NCBI GenBank assembly: GCA_964636895.1 | Contig: CAZWUW010000002.1 | Span: 378 to 64,377 of the forward strand | Source: an uncultured Eubacteriales bacterium | GTDB lineage: Bacteria; Bacillota; Thermincolia; Thermincolales; CAZWUW01 | Direction: 5' to 3' | Length of the DNA stretch: 64,000 nt | Shown here: positions 1 through 11,033 of the stretch, piece by piece | Layout of the letters: each line of letters begins with the position of its first letter | Position numbering within the stretch: the stretch's first letter is position 1 | The notes under the pieces: generated by a model | The model's input: only the letters and a program-made list of their open reading frames with translations | The model's database searches: none | What the model was told of the DNA's origin: nothing | Translations under genes and position numbers: made by a program

Positions 1-1
1 T

Positions 2-1408
2 AATATTGAGTACGGTATTATTGTTGTTAATACAAAAGGCATTATTACTTTTGTTAACCAGGCTTACGCTGATTTTTTCAATAAACAGGCAGATGAAATG
101 ATAGGGAAATATGTTGATGATGCTTATGTAAATTCTGCACCTTCCAGGCTGCCTGAGGTAATTAAAACGGGTCAATCGACAATTGGCGATATTTTTCATA
201 TGAATGGGCGCAATGTAATATCCAATCGGTTTCCGTTGTATAAGGATGGTAAAATTGTCGGAGCAGTGGGGAAAATTGTCTTTAAAGATTTGCAGGAATT
301 TGATAATATTTATGCAAAAATTCACAAAGAGACTTGTTCCACCAAAAAGACGAGTAGTGTTCATACGGCATATAAATACAGCATAGACAATATTATTGGC
401 CTAAGCCCCCAGATAATTGATTTGAAAGAGGCTATTTATAAAATTGCTATACGTAACTCTACGGTGTTAATCAGAGGGGAGAGCGGTACCGGCAAGGAGC
501 TTTTTGCCCATGCCCTTCATAATGCCAGTTACAGGCGGAATAATCCCTTTATCAAGGTAAACTGTGCGGCTATTCCGGAGCATTTACTGGAGTCCGAGTT
601 ATTTGGATATGCTGAGGGTGCGTTTACGGGGGCAAAAAAAGGTGGACATAAAGGTAAATTTGAACTGGCAGATAAGGGAACTATGTTTCTTGATGAAATA
701 GGTGATATGAGCTTTAATATGCAGTCAAAGTTGTTGCGGGTGCTGCAGGAAAAAGAAATTGTGCCCCTTGGCAGCGGGCAGACCAAAAATATCGATGTAC
801 GAATAGTTGCCGCTACTAATGTAAACCTTGAAGAATTAATTAAGTATAATAAGTTCAGGACGGATTTGTTTTATCGGCTGAATGTTGTAAGTTTCAATAT
901 TCCTCCCTTAAGAGAGAGAAAAGAAGATATTGAATTGTTGGTTGAGTTTTTTATCAATAAGTATAATAATTTGTTTGATTTAGAAGTAGAAAAAGTCACT
1001 TTGGAAGCAATTGATTTGTTAAAACTGTATGACTGGCCGGGAAATGCCCGAGAGTTAGAAAATGTGATAGAACAGGCTTTTAATTTTGTGGAAGGTAAAG
1101 TAATATCCCTTGAACATATTCCCGGTTATATACTAACTTATATTAAGCAAGAAAGAGAAGCTGCATTGACGTTAGTTGCTCCTGAAGAGGAAATAAAAAT
1201 AACCATAAATAACAATAAAAAAACATCGGATAAAGAAAAGATATTTGACAAAGAGGCATTGCTTAGAATGATGGATAGTGTGGAAAAAGACATGATTATC
1301 AAGACTCTGGCCGAGAGCAAGGGAAATAAGGCTAAAGCTGCTCAAATGTTAGGTCTGTCAAGGCCAGGGCTATACAAAAAGCTTGCCAAATATAATATCT
1401 GCGACTGA
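2..1408 (+). CDS. sigma-54-dependent transcriptional activator (PAS + AAA+ + Fis-type HTH), 5' end cut by window edge
   Basis: The frame is open from base 2 (NIEYGIIVVNTKGIITFVNQAYADFF, PAS-like) into listed ORF 98..1408. Walker A GESGTGKE, GAFTGA motif (EGAFTGA), C-terminal HTH AAQMLGLSRPGLYKKL. Confidence 0.85.
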   Translation, partial: NIEYGIIVVNTKGIITFVNQAYADFFNKQADEMIGKYVDDAYVNSAPSRLPEVIKTGQSTIGDIFHMNGRNVISNRFPLYKDGKIVGAVGKIVFKDLQEFDNIYAKIHKETCSTKKTSSVHTAYKYSIDNIIGLSPQIIDLKEAIYKIAIRNSTVLIRGESGTGKELFAHALHNASYRRNNPFIKVNCAAIPEHLLESELFGYAEGAFTGAKKGGHKGKFELADKGTMFLDEIGDMSFNMQSKLLRVLQEKEIVPLGSGQTKNIDVRIVAATNVNLEELIKYNKFRTDLFYRLNVVSFNIPPLRERKEDIELLVEFFINKYNNLFDLEVEKVTLEAIDLLKLYDWPGNARELENVIEQAFNFVEGKVISLEHIPGYILTYIKQEREAALTLVAPEEEIKITINNNKKTSDKEKIFDKEALLRMMDSVEKDMIIKTLAESKGNKAKAAQMLGLSRPGLYKKLAKYNICD

Positions 1409-1440
1409 CAGCCCACAATTCTGTGGGCTGTAATTTTTTG
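1409..1440 (+). terminator. intrinsic terminator after the activator gene
   Basis: CAGCCCACA-attc-TGTGGGCTG hairpin followed by a T-run (taatttttt). Confidence 0.7.
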
Positions 1441-1550
1441 TTTACACTTATTTATGACGGTTTTGGCGGATCTTTGACAAAAAGCCAATAAGCAGAAATA
1501 ACGACCGATAAATATAAAAAAACGACCTTTGGGGTAAATACCACTGCATT

Positions 1551-1566
1551 TGGCATTTCGTTTGCA
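1551..1566 (+). promoter_or_regulatory. sigma-54 (-24/-12) promoter
   Basis: TGGCATTTCGTTTGCA has GG and GC separated by exactly 10 nt, matching TGGCAC-N5-TTGCA. It lies 45 nt upstream of the 1611 start and next to a sigma-54 activator gene. Confidence 0.65.
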
Positions 1567-1610
1567 ATATTTCCTGGCTATACAATTATTTTTAGGAGGG
1601 AAATATTAAA

Positions 1611-3569
1611 ATGAAAAATAAAAAATGGGCACCGTCGGACGAATTATTAAATAAAACTAATATGGCTCAATTTATTGAATTTGTAAATCAAAAGCACGGC
1701 AACAAATTTATAACTTATAATGATTTATATAGCTGGTCTGTGCACAACAGCCCTGCTTTTTGGGCAGATATGTGGGAATTTGGAGGCATTAAGGCATCTC
1801 AGCCATATGAACATGTGATAGTGAATTTTGAAGATATGTTAAGTACCAAGTGGTTTGTAGGGGCACAACTTAATTTTGCAGAAAATCTGCTGAGGTTCCA
1901 GGATGAGCGGATAGCCCTGGTTTTTAAAGGAGAAGCGATGACCGGGGTTGTACGGATTAGTTACGCGGAGCTTTATAATCAAGTTGCCAAGTTAGCTAAA
2001 TCCTTACGGGAAACAGGTGTTGGTGTTGGTGACATTGTGGCCGGGTTTATGCCTAATATGATTGAAACGGTAGTGGCTATGTTAGCTGTTGCCAGCATCG
2101 GGGGCACATGGACGTCTTGTTCGCCGGATTTTGGAGTAAAAGGGGTGTTTGACCGGTTTGGGCAGGTTCGGCCTAAAGTGCTTTTTACAGCCAACGGCTA
2201 TTCATATGGGGGGAAAAGCATTAACTCCCTGGAGCGGGTAGCCGGAATTGTAAAAGAAATTCCGAGCATCGAGCGGGTAGTTGTGGTGCCTTATATAGAT
2301 AGCAGAACGGGCATTAGTCAAGTGCCGAATGCGGTTTGGCTCGAGGATTTTATTTCTGCTGAAGAAGGATTGAGTATTGAATTTGCCCAGCTTCCCTTCG
2401 ATCATCCCTTGTACATTATGTATTCCTCCGGTACTACAGGTGTACCCAAGTGCATCTTGCATGGCGCCGGGGGTACATTAATCCAGCATTTAAAAGAGCT
2501 GATGCTGCATACGGATTTAAAGCGGTCGGATACAATTTTTTATTATACTACATGTGGCTGGATGATGTGGAATTGGGTGGTAAGTTCTTTGGCGGTAGGA
2601 GCTACGGTGCTGCTATATGACGGGTCGCCATTTTATCCTAGTGCACAAGCGCTTTGGCAATTGGCGCAGGATGAGGGGGTTACCGTGTTTGGGACAAGTG
2701 CCAAGTATCTTGAATCGGTGGAGAAGGCCGATGTTAAGCCGGGTGCAAATTATAACTTAAGCAAGCTAAAGGTAATCCTATCAACAGGGTCACCCCTGTC
2801 TGATGATAGTTTTGAGTATGTCTACCGGGATATTAAAAAGGATGTGCAGTTATCCTCGATTTCTGGGGGCACGGATATTATCTCTTGCTTTGCCTTAGGA
2901 AACCCGATTATGCCAGTGTTTGCTGGTGAACTTCAGTGCCGGGGATTGGGCATGAAGGTAGAAAGCTTTGACCAAGCAGGTAACTCTGTGAAAAACCAAA
3001 AAGGTGAATTGGTATGCACGGCAGCATTTCCTTCGATGCCTATAGGTTTTTGGTGTGATCCAGATAATAGCAAATATAAAAGTACTTATTTTGATGTATA
3101 TCCTAATGTATGGCGTCATGGTGATTATGTTGAAATCACCGATGTAGGTAGTGTTGTGATTTATGGCCGCTCTGACGCCACCCTAAATCCTGGCGGGGTC
3201 AGGATAGGCACTGCTGAAATTTATCGGCAGGTCGAAGCTCTGCCGGAAGTCCTTGACAGTATCGTTGTAGGGCAAAATTGGGAAAATGATGTGCGGATAC
3301 TGCTTTTTGTAAAGTTGGTTAAGGATGTATCGTTAACAAGTGAACTGGTTAATAAAATCAAAACCACTATCCGGGAAAATGCCACACCACGGCATGTACC
3401 GGCTAAAATTATTGCTGTGGCTGACATACCTTATACCTTTAACGGTAAAAAGGTAGAAATGGCCGTAAGAAGTATTATACATAACGAGCCGGTGTCGAAC
3501 CGGGATGCTTTGGCCAATCCTGAAGCGCTGGAATTTTTTAAGGACTTGTTGGAAATAAAAGCAGTGTAA
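1611..3569 (+). CDS. acetoacetyl-CoA synthetase (acetoacetate-CoA ligase)
   Basis: 652 aa with AMP-binding motif YSSGTTGVPKCILH. The N-terminal region and length are typical of acetoacetyl-CoA synthetases. RBS AGGAGGG upstream. Confidence 0.8.
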   Translation: MKNKKWAPSDELLNKTNMAQFIEFVNQKHGNKFITYNDLYSWSVHNSPAFWADMWEFGGIKASQPYEHVIVNFEDMLSTKWFVGAQLNFAENLLRFQDERIALVFKGEAMTGVVRISYAELYNQVAKLAKSLRETGVGVGDIVAGFMPNMIETVVAMLAVASIGGTWTSCSPDFGVKGVFDRFGQVRPKVLFTANGYSYGGKSINSLERVAGIVKEIPSIERVVVVPYIDSRTGISQVPNAVWLEDFISAEEGLSIEFAQLPFDHPLYIMYSSGTTGVPKCILHGAGGTLIQHLKELMLHTDLKRSDTIFYYTTCGWMMWNWVVSSLAVGATVLLYDGSPFYPSAQALWQLAQDEGVTVFGTSAKYLESVEKADVKPGANYNLSKLKVILSTGSPLSDDSFEYVYRDIKKDVQLSSISGGTDIISCFALGNPIMPVFAGELQCRGLGMKVESFDQAGNSVKNQKGELVCTAAFPSMPIGFWCDPDNSKYKSTYFDVYPNVWRHGDYVEITDVGSVVIYGRSDATLNPGGVRIGTAEIYRQVEALPEVLDSIVVGQNWENDVRILLFVKLVKDVSLTSELVNKIKTTIRENATPRHVPAKIIAVADIPYTFNGKKVEMAVRSIIHNEPVSNRDALANPEALEFFKDLLEIKAV

Positions 3570-3580
3570 GGAGAAACAGT

Positions 3581-4036
3581 ATGAGGCTATTTGAACGTGA
3601 AATAAAGGTTGTTGTAGAAAAAAACAATAATCAGTTAAAAATTACTGCTGTACTAAATGATACGACCCATGATATGCAACTGGGCCTTTTGATTGATATT
3701 GACACCTTAGAGATAAAAGACGTTTCTGCCCAAATGGAACGCGTACCTTATGTTATCTGTCATAAAGCCCTTGATGGCATCGAAAACCTTGTAGGGTTGC
3801 GCATAGAGGCCGGAATCAACAAAAAGGTAAAAGCGTTGATTGGTGGCATCAAGGGCTGTGTGCACATTGTTGAACTGCTTCATGAGAGTTTTAAGGCGGC
3901 TTACCAGGCAAATATCCGCATAATTGTTAATGATATGACCGGTGATGCACGCACTGCCAAACTGGAAGCGCTGCTTAAGGGCTCCTGCCTAAGGTATACA
4001 GAGGAACACGCATTGATGGACTTGCACCTGCCGTAA
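3581..4036 (+). CDS. small conserved protein, DUF2889-like
   Basis: 151 aa, tightly coupled (11 nt) to the upstream gene. The GCVHIVELL motif and overall pattern resemble DUF2889; assignment is from memory only. Confidence 0.4.
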   Translation: MRLFEREIKVVVEKNNNQLKITAVLNDTTHDMQLGLLIDIDTLEIKDVSAQMERVPYVICHKALDGIENLVGLRIEAGINKKVKALIGGIKGCVHIVELLHESFKAAYQANIRIIVNDMTGDARTAKLEALLKGSCLRYTEEHALMDLHLP

Positions 4037-4074
4037 ACTAAAGTTAACACTGTGTAAATCAGGGGAACATTTAT

Positions 4075-4100
4075 CAACCGCCATGCCGGCGGTTTTTTCT
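4075..4100 (+). terminator. intrinsic terminator
   Basis: AACCGCC-atgcc-GGCGGTT hairpin followed by TTTTTT. Confidence 0.7.
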
Positions 4101-4176
4101 TTTGATTGACCGTTCGGGGGATATTATTAACCTTTTGACTTTGAAAAATTCAAATTCGCCCTTTTCTAATTAGTTT

Positions 4177-4192
4177 TGGCATTTATCTTGCG
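4177..4192 (+). promoter_or_regulatory. sigma-54 (-24/-12) promoter
   Basis: TGGCATTTATCTTGCG with GG-N10-GC spacing, 62 nt upstream of the acyl-CoA dehydrogenase start. Same TGGCATTT core as the 1551 site. Confidence 0.65.
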
Positions 4193-4253
4193 CTATAGAA
4201 ATGCGAAAGGTATTTGTGAGCTTGCCAATAATATTTTCAAAGGGGGAATATGA

Positions 4254-5393
4254 ATGAATTTTGAGTTAACAGAAGAACAGCAGATGCTAAGAAACATGGT
4301 CAGAGAGTTTGCCGAAGCGGAGGTGGCTCCCGGCGCCGAAGAAAGGGATAAAACCGGAGAATTTCCGCTGGACATTGTTAACAAACTGGCTGCACTTGAT
4401 CTGATGGGGCTGCCTTTTCCTGAGGAATACGGTGGTGCCGGAGGTGATACGGTAAGTTATGCCATTGCTGTGGAAGAATTGTCTAGGGCTTGCGCATCTA
4501 CGGGGATTACATACGCCGCCCACATTTCACTCGGTTCTTCACCTATCTACCTCTTTGGTACCCCAGAACAGAAGAAAACCTGGTTGGTACCGATGTCAAA
4601 AGGTGAATTCCTGGGCGCTTTCGGGTTAACGGAGGCAAACGCCGGTTCGGATGCCGGTGGAACCCAAACTACAGCTTATCTAGACGGTGATCAGTGGGTG
4701 ATCAATGGTTCGAAATGTTTTATCACCAATGTTAGTTACGCCGGGGCCACCACTATTACCGCAATTACGGAAAAAGGTCAAGGTTCCCGGGGGATTAGCT
4801 CACTTATTGTACCCAAGGACACTCCTGGATTAACCGTTAATTGTAATTATGAAAAGATGGGGCTACATGCTTCCAATACATGCGAAATGTTTTTTGACGA
4901 TGTCCGAGTGCCCCAAGAAAACCTGCTCGGTGAACGGGGGGAGGGTTTCAAACAATTCCTGCAGGTACTGGACGGTGGTCGAATCAGTATCGGCGCACTG
5001 GCTCTGGGCATTGCGCAGGCTTCACTGGATAAGGCATTGCAGTACGCCAAGGAACGGGTGCAATTCGGCCAATCAATATCTAAATTCCAGGCTATTCAAT
5101 TTAAATTAGCCGATATGGCTACCAATATTGAACTGGCCAGGTTGATGATCTGGAAGGCGGCCTGGCTCAAGGACAACAAGAAGCAGTTCGGCAAAGAAGC
5201 GGCCATGGCTAAGCTCTTTGCTTCTGAAATGGCCACCAAGGCTGCTCTGGAGGCGGTGCAAATCCTTGGCGGATATGGTTATATGCGAGAGTATCAGGTG
5301 GAACGGTATGTAAGGGATGCCAAACTCTGCGAAATCGGAGAAGGAACTTCTGAAGTACAAAGAATGGTAATTGCTAAATTATTGGGCTGTTAA
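4254..5393 (+). CDS. acyl-CoA dehydrogenase (isovaleryl-/short-branched-chain type)
   Basis: 379 aa with ACAD hallmarks (GLTEANAGSD, C-terminal YEGTSE-like EIGEGTSEVQR). Sits with methylcrotonyl-CoA carboxylase and HMG-CoA lyase genes. Confidence 0.85.
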   Translation: MNFELTEEQQMLRNMVREFAEAEVAPGAEERDKTGEFPLDIVNKLAALDLMGLPFPEEYGGAGGDTVSYAIAVEELSRACASTGITYAAHISLGSSPIYLFGTPEQKKTWLVPMSKGEFLGAFGLTEANAGSDAGGTQTTAYLDGDQWVINGSKCFITNVSYAGATTITAITEKGQGSRGISSLIVPKDTPGLTVNCNYEKMGLHASNTCEMFFDDVRVPQENLLGERGEGFKQFLQVLDGGRISIGALALGIAQASLDKALQYAKERVQFGQSISKFQAIQFKLADMATNIELARLMIWKAAWLKDNKKQFGKEAAMAKLFASEMATKAALEAVQILGGYGYMREYQVERYVRDAKLCEIGEGTSEVQRMVIAKLLGC

Positions 5394-5434
5394 AGTGTAA
5401 AGCGAGCGCATTTAAAAAAGGGGGAGTTAATAAA

Positions 5435-7120
5435 ATGAGTGGCAAAATTGATTTAACCAGCGAGCTTCTTACCGTTACTATCGGTGAGCTGCTGGACCAG
5501 ATGACCGAAAACTATCCGGATCATGAAGCGGTGGTATACACCGACCGCCCTATCCGCTGGTCTTATAGTGAATTTCGGGGGTTGTGTAACCAGTTTGCCA
5601 AGGGCCTAATGAAACTTGGTATAGCTAAGGGTGAACATATTGCTATTTGGGCTACCAATTACCCAGAGTGGATTGTCACCCAGTTCGGTTCGGCTAAAAT
5701 GGGAGCCGTGCTGGTAACGGTTAATGTCAACTACCAGGCCTTTGAACTGGAGTACCTGTTAAAACAGTCCGATGTAACCACATTAATCATGATTGAAGGC
5801 TATCGGGATGTAAATTATGTGGAGATGATCAAAACAGTCTGCCCGGAGATTAACGGCTCAAAAGCGGGCGAATTTAAAAGCGAAAAAGTGCCTAATCTGA
5901 AAAACATAATTTATATAGGTGAAAACACGCCTGAGGGAATGTTTAATTTTCGGCAGATTATGGAAATGGGTAATGAGGTGAGTGATGCTGAACTGGCAGC
6001 GCGACAGAACTCCCTGCATATTGAAGATGTTATCAATATGCAGTATACCTCTGGTACGACCGGCTTTCCTAAAGGGGTAATGCTTACTCACTTCAATATC
6101 ATCAATGATGCAAAATTTGTGGCGGAATGTATGGGGATTACCCATGCCGACCGGTTATGCTTCCCGGTCCCTTTATTCCATTGCTTCGGTTGTGTTATGA
6201 GCACTCTTGCCTGTGTGACACAGGGTGCTACGATGGTGCCGATTGAATATTTTGATGCGGAGAAGGTCTTACAGGCAGTTGAAAAAGAGAAGTGTACCGC
6301 TCTCCACGGCGTGCCGACCATGTTTATTGCCGAGTTGGAGATTATAAAAACCAAGTTTTATGATTTAAGCACTTTAAAAAGAGGAATTATGGCCGGTGCA
6401 TCCTGTCCTATTGAAGTCATGCGAGCCGTTGCGGAAAAAATGGGGATGTCGGAAATCACAATTGCCTATGGCCAAACTGAAGCATCGCCAGTAATTACTC
6501 AGACCAGGACCCACGATTCCCTGGAATTAAGAGTAACCACAGTGGGTAGGGCTATTCCCCATGCAGAGGTGAAAATAGTAGATCCTGACACTAGCATTGA
6601 AGTTCCGCGGGGTGTGCAGGGTGAACTCTGTACCCGGGGGTTTGGCATAATGAAGGGTTATTACAAAATGCCCGAGGCAACGGCTTCGGTTATAGATCGC
6701 GATGGCTGGCTGCACACCGGCGACTTGGCTACTATGGATGAAAAAGGTTACTGCAATATCACCGGTCGCTTAAAAGACATGATCATCAGGGGTGGTGAAA
6801 ACATTTATCCCAAGGAAATTGAGGAGTTCCTGTATACCCATACCAAGATTATGGATGTTCAGGTACTTGGTATCCCCAGTGAAAAGTATGGGGAAGAGGT
6901 TATGGCCTGTATCCGTGTGCGACCCGGAGAGCAGATGAATGAAGCGGAAGTACGGGAATACTGCCAAGGCAAAATATCCCGGCACAAAATACCAAAATAT
7001 GTTCATTTTATTGAACAATATCCAACCACGGCTAGTGGGAAGATTCAGAAGTTCAAGCTTCGGGAGATGGCCATTGAAATGTATAATCTCAAAAAAGCCG
7101 CTGAACAAAAAATGGCCTAA
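5435..7120 (+). CDS. AMP-dependent acyl-CoA synthetase/ligase
   Basis: 561 aa with YTSGTTGFPKGVMLTH AMP-binding motif and a C-terminal GKIQKFKLRE motif. Confidence 0.85.
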   Translation: MSGKIDLTSELLTVTIGELLDQMTENYPDHEAVVYTDRPIRWSYSEFRGLCNQFAKGLMKLGIAKGEHIAIWATNYPEWIVTQFGSAKMGAVLVTVNVNYQAFELEYLLKQSDVTTLIMIEGYRDVNYVEMIKTVCPEINGSKAGEFKSEKVPNLKNIIYIGENTPEGMFNFRQIMEMGNEVSDAELAARQNSLHIEDVINMQYTSGTTGFPKGVMLTHFNIINDAKFVAECMGITHADRLCFPVPLFHCFGCVMSTLACVTQGATMVPIEYFDAEKVLQAVEKEKCTALHGVPTMFIAELEIIKTKFYDLSTLKRGIMAGASCPIEVMRAVAEKMGMSEITIAYGQTEASPVITQTRTHDSLELRVTTVGRAIPHAEVKIVDPDTSIEVPRGVQGELCTRGFGIMKGYYKMPEATASVIDRDGWLHTGDLATMDEKGYCNITGRLKDMIIRGGENIYPKEIEEFLYTHTKIMDVQVLGIPSEKYGEEVMACIRVRPGEQMNEAEVREYCQGKISRHKIPKYVHFIEQYPTTASGKIQKFKLREMAIEMYNLKKAAEQKMA

Positions 7121-7149
7121 GCATACAGAAAAGGAAGGGAGGAAGCGAG

Positions 7150-7923
7150 ATGAATATTGCGGTTTTAGTTAAACAGACCTTTGATACCGAAGCCCAGATT
7201 AAGCTGGATAGTCAGGGACAGGTTTCTGGAGACAATGTGAACCTTGTTATTAACCCCTATGATGAATATGCCATTGAAGAAGCTATCCGCATTAAGGAGC
7301 AACTGGGAGGCGAGGTTACAGTAATTTCCCTGGGTGCCGACAAGGCTGAAGAAGCGTTACGCCAGGCTCTTGCTATGGGAGCAGACAAAGCAATACTGTT
7401 GAGTGATAGTCTTTTCCAGGGCGGTGATGAGTCTGCCACCGCTCTGGCTCTAGCCAAAGCTCTGGAGGGAGGCGGTTATAACCTCATTCTCGGCGGCTAC
7501 AAGGCCATTGATGACGGCTCGGCCCAGGTGGCCAGCCGGCTGGCGGAAAGATTGGGACTGCCGCAGGTTAATGTGGTTACCAAACTGACCGTGGCAGATG
7601 GCAAAGCTGTTGCTCACCGGGAAGTAGATGGCGGCACGGAAGTGGTGGAAGTAACCCTGCCAGCAGTAATTACCGCTCAAAAGGGTTTGAATGAACCACG
7701 TTATCCCACAATGAAAGGTATAATGCAGGCTAAGAAAAAAGAATTAAAAAGGTTAAGCGGAGCCGACCTGGGATTGGCTGGTGTCACTGTTGGCAGCGCC
7801 GGGGCAAAGGTGAAAATTCTGAGCTATGCCTTACCCGTTGCTCGTACCAGTGGTACCATACTTGAAGGTACTTCCCAGGATACTGCCAGACAGTTGGCTG
7901 GTATCCTGTGGAAAATGATATAA
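7150..7923 (+). CDS. etfB: electron transfer flavoprotein, beta subunit
   Basis: 257 aa. MNIAVLVKQTFDTEA N-terminus and NPYDEYAIEEA motif are typical of EtfB; followed directly by etfA. Confidence 0.9.
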   Translation: MNIAVLVKQTFDTEAQIKLDSQGQVSGDNVNLVINPYDEYAIEEAIRIKEQLGGEVTVISLGADKAEEALRQALAMGADKAILLSDSLFQGGDESATALALAKALEGGGYNLILGGYKAIDDGSAQVASRLAERLGLPQVNVVTKLTVADGKAVAHREVDGGTEVVEVTLPAVITAQKGLNEPRYPTMKGIMQAKKKELKRLSGADLGLAGVTVGSAGAKVKILSYALPVARTSGTILEGTSQDTARQLAGILWKMI

Positions 7924-7938
7924 AGGAGGTGCTTATCA

Positions 7939-8931
7939 ATGGGAAAAGGTATTTGGATATTTGCAGAGCAAAAAGACGGTGAGTTGCGGAAAGTAACGAT
8001 GGAGTTGCTTGGTGAAGGTCGGAAAATGGCAGATGAGACCGGTCAGGAGCTGGCTACAGTGCTTCTTGGCGATAACGTAAATAAGTTGGCAGAAACCCTT
8101 GCTCAGTACGGCGCCGATAAGGTATATCTGGCCCAGTGCCATTGTTTGCAGCAGTATAATACCGGTCTTTTTACAGATATAATTGCCGGGTTGGTTAAAG
8201 CCTATCAGCCGGCAGTGTTTCTCTGGGGCAACACTTCTCTGGCCAGAGATCTGGCCCCACGGGTGGCTGAACGGGTAAATGCAGGACTATTATCAGATTG
8301 TACGACAATTAAATATTCTGGTAGCAACCTTATTTTTGGGCGGCCGGTATATGCTGGGAAAGCCATTGTCGATGCAACCTGTCAGGCGGAACCGGCCATG
8401 GCCACCATTCGTCCTAATGTGTTTGACCTTCCTTTCCCGCAGAGCAGTCGGACGGCAGAAACGGTTAATGTGGAAGTAAAAAGCGATATTGACCTGCGTG
8501 CGGTTATCAAAGAGGTGATCAAACAGGCGGCGGAAAGGATTGACCTCACCGAGGCCAATATCATCGTTGCCGGCGGTCGAGGCTTAAAAGGGCCGGAAGG
8601 CTTTGCCCCGTTAGCAGAACTGGCTGGGGTCATCGGCGGGGCTGTGGGTGCATCCAGGGCCGCAGTTGATGCCGGTTGGTGCGAACATGCTATTCAGGTA
8701 GGGCAAACCGGCAAGGTGGTAAGTCCGACTTTATACATTGCCTGCGGCATTTCCGGTGCCATCCAGCACCTTGCCGGGATGTCCTCATCTAAGATGATTG
8801 TGGCTATTAATAAAGACCCTGAAGCCCCCATATTCAAAATGGTTGATTACGGTATCGTCGGTGATTTGTTTGAGGTTGTCCCTCTTTTAACTGAAGAATT
8901 CAAGAAATTACTGTCTGCCAATATAGCCTGA
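7939..8931 (+). CDS. etfA: electron transfer flavoprotein, alpha subunit
   Basis: 330 aa with C-terminal FAD-binding region [17 protein letters not shown] and [11 protein letters not shown]. Confidence 0.9.
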   Translation: MGKGIWIFAEQKDGELRKVTMELLGEGRKMADETGQELATVLLGDNVNKLAETLAQYGADKVYLAQCHCLQQYNTGLFTDIIAGLVKAYQPAVFLWGNTSLARDLAPRVAERVNAGLLSDCTTIKYSGSNLIFGRPVYAGKAIVDATCQAEPAMATIRPNVFDLPFPQSSRTAETVNVEVKSDIDLRAVIKEVIKQAAERIDLTEANIIVAGGRGLKGPEGFAPLAELAGVIGGAVGASRAAVDAGWCEHAIQVGQTGKVVSPTLYIACGISGAIQHLAGMSSSKMIVAINKDPEAPIFKMVDYGIVGDLFEVVPLLTEEFKKLLSANIA

Positions 8932-8956
8932 GATATTAAGTGGTAGGGGAGGGTAT

Positions 8957-11017
8957 GTGATGGAGCCCACGAGACAGGTATTATGGAACATTGATAACAG
9001 AATCCTAATGTATGTTTTTATGGCGGCAGCTCTAATTTTCTGTATAAACGGAATTTATGAACGAATAACTTTTTGGCGGTTGGGCCGGCAGGAAAAACGT
9101 ACCGATAATTCGGTCCGCCGGGTGAAATCTATCCTGGCATATGGAATTGGCCACAAAAGAATTTTTCAGGAATCATTTCCCGGACTAATGCACGCAAGTA
9201 TTTTTTACGGGTTTTTGATGCTGACTATCGGTACTGCCGTAATTGCGGTCCAGGAAGATTTTGGGGTGCCCTTGTTTTATGGCAATGTTTATCTGGTATT
9301 GAGTTTCCTGATGGATTTGTTTGGTTTGCTGGCATTGATTGGAGTTATAATGGCGGCATACAGAAGATATGTAAAAAAACCAGAGCGCCTCGATAATAAC
9401 CTTGATGATGCAGTTACGCTGTCTCTGTTATTTGTTATCCTGTTTACCGGCTTTGTTCTGGAAGGGCTTAGAATGTATGCTGCCGGTGATAACTGGGCAG
9501 GATGGTCGCCCGTCGGTCTCGCGTTTGCCGGATTGATAAAGGGCCTTGGTATTACCAGGTTTTCGGCCCAGTCGGCCCACGAGGTAATGTGGTGGGGACA
9601 TATGTTACTGGCCTTTGGATTTATCGCCTATTTACCCTTCTCAAAACTTTTTCATCTGCTGGTTTCGCCCTTAAATCAGTTTATGCGGTCTTTTGAACCC
9701 AAAGGTGCGTTGGTGCCGCTTGACCTGGAAAACGAAGATATAGAACAGTTTGGGGTTAGTAAAATAGAAGAGTTTACCTGGAAACAACTGCTGGATACGG
9801 ATGCCTGCGTCCGCTGCGGGCGGTGTCAGGATAGCTGCCCGGCTCACTTGAGTGGCAAGCCTTTGTCACCGAAAAAGCTTATTCAGGATATGAAGGCTCA
9901 TCTGGCGGAAAAAGGCCCGGTGCTGGTAAAGCATAAACATAACGCTGATACCAAAAGTCAAATTGGGGTTTCGGCTTTACTGGCAGTGGATGGTGAAGCT
10001 GGCAATGAGATTATGGAAAAGAATTTGATTGGTGATGTAATCGATGAGGAGACAGTCTGGGCTTGCACTACTTGCCGATCCTGCGAGGAGCTGTGTCCGG
10101 TATTTGTGGAACATGTCGGAAAAACTGTTGACTTAAGACGCAACCTGGTGCTGATGGAAAGTAGTTTTTCGCCCGAAGTTCAGTTAGCCTTCAAGAATAT
10201 GGAGAATAACGGCAACCCTTGGGGTGTCGGTTGGGCTACCAGGGCTGATTGGGCCAAAGAGCTGCAAGTGCCGGATAGCAACGATAATCAAAATGCGGAA
10301 GTCTTATACTGGGTAGGTTGTGCCGGTGCTTTTGATGAGCGAAACAAAAAGGTGGCTACAGCAATAGTGAAAATATTGCAGAAGGCGGGAGTTAATTTTG
10401 CCATCCTGGGTGCCGAGGAGAAGTGTTGCGGGGATTCTGCGAGACGGATGGGCAATGAATACTTGTTCCAGTCGCTGGCCCAGGAAAACATAGAAACCTT
10501 AAATAAGCATAATTTTAATACCATCCTGACCCATTGCCCCCATTGTTATAATACTCTGAAAAACGAATACCCGCAGTTTGGCGGTAATTATAAAGTAATT
10601 CATCATACCGAGTACATCAGGCAGCTTATGGAAGCCGGCAGAATTCGACCCACAGTCGAGCTGGCACAAAAAGTAACTTACCATGACTCCTGTTATCTGG
10701 GTCGATATAACGAGATATATAGTGCGCCGCGCAGTATGCTGACTGCAATCCCCGGCATCAAACTGGTAGAAATGAGTAGTAACTTGGAAAAAAGCTTTTG
10801 CTGTGGAGCTGGTGGCGGCAGGATGTGGATGGAAGAGACTATCGGCCAAAGGATAAACGTGATGCGGGCGGAACAGGCTTTGGAGCAGGAGCCGGAAGTA
10901 GTGGCTACAGCCTGTCCCTTCTGTTTGACTATGTTTGACGATGGGCTTAAGGTACTGGAAGGCGGGAATGAGATTAAGAGCATGGATCTGGCGGAACTGG
11001 TAGCGAACGCAATATGA
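8957..11017 (+). CDS. membrane-anchored Fe-S oxidoreductase (NarI-like TM domain + 2x[4Fe-4S] + HdrD-type CCG domains), probable ETF:quinone-type acceptor
   Basis: 686 aa. Hydrophobic N-terminal third, [12 protein letters not shown] and [12 protein letters not shown] cluster motifs, two cysteine-rich CCG-type regions (CCGDS, CCGAGGG). Immediately downstream of etfBA. ATG at 8960 is an alternative start. Confidence 0.75.
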   Translation: MMEPTRQVLWNIDNRILMYVFMAAALIFCINGIYERITFWRLGRQEKRTDNSVRRVKSILAYGIGHKRIFQESFPGLMHASIFYGFLMLTIGTAVIAVQEDFGVPLFYGNVYLVLSFLMDLFGLLALIGVIMAAYRRYVKKPERLDNNLDDAVTLSLLFVILFTGFVLEGLRMYAAGDNWAGWSPVGLAFAGLIKGLGITRFSAQSAHEVMWWGHMLLAFGFIAYLPFSKLFHLLVSPLNQFMRSFEPKGALVPLDLENEDIEQFGVSKIEEFTWKQLLDTDACVRCGRCQDSCPAHLSGKPLSPKKLIQDMKAHLAEKGPVLVKHKHNADTKSQIGVSALLAVDGEAGNEIMEKNLIGDVIDEETVWACTTCRSCEELCPVFVEHVGKTVDLRRNLVLMESSFSPEVQLAFKNMENNGNPWGVGWATRADWAKELQVPDSNDNQNAEVLYWVGCAGAFDERNKKVATAIVKILQKAGVNFAILGAEEKCCGDSARRMGNEYLFQSLAQENIETLNKHNFNTILTHCPHCYNTLKNEYPQFGGNYKVIHHTEYIRQLMEAGRIRPTVELAQKVTYHDSCYLGRYNEIYSAPRSMLTAIPGIKLVEMSSNLEKSFCCGAGGGRMWMEETIGQRINVMRAEQALEQEPEVVATACPFCLTMFDDGLKVLEGGNEIKSMDLAELVANAI

Positions 11018-11033
11018 ACGGAGGTGTACAGTT

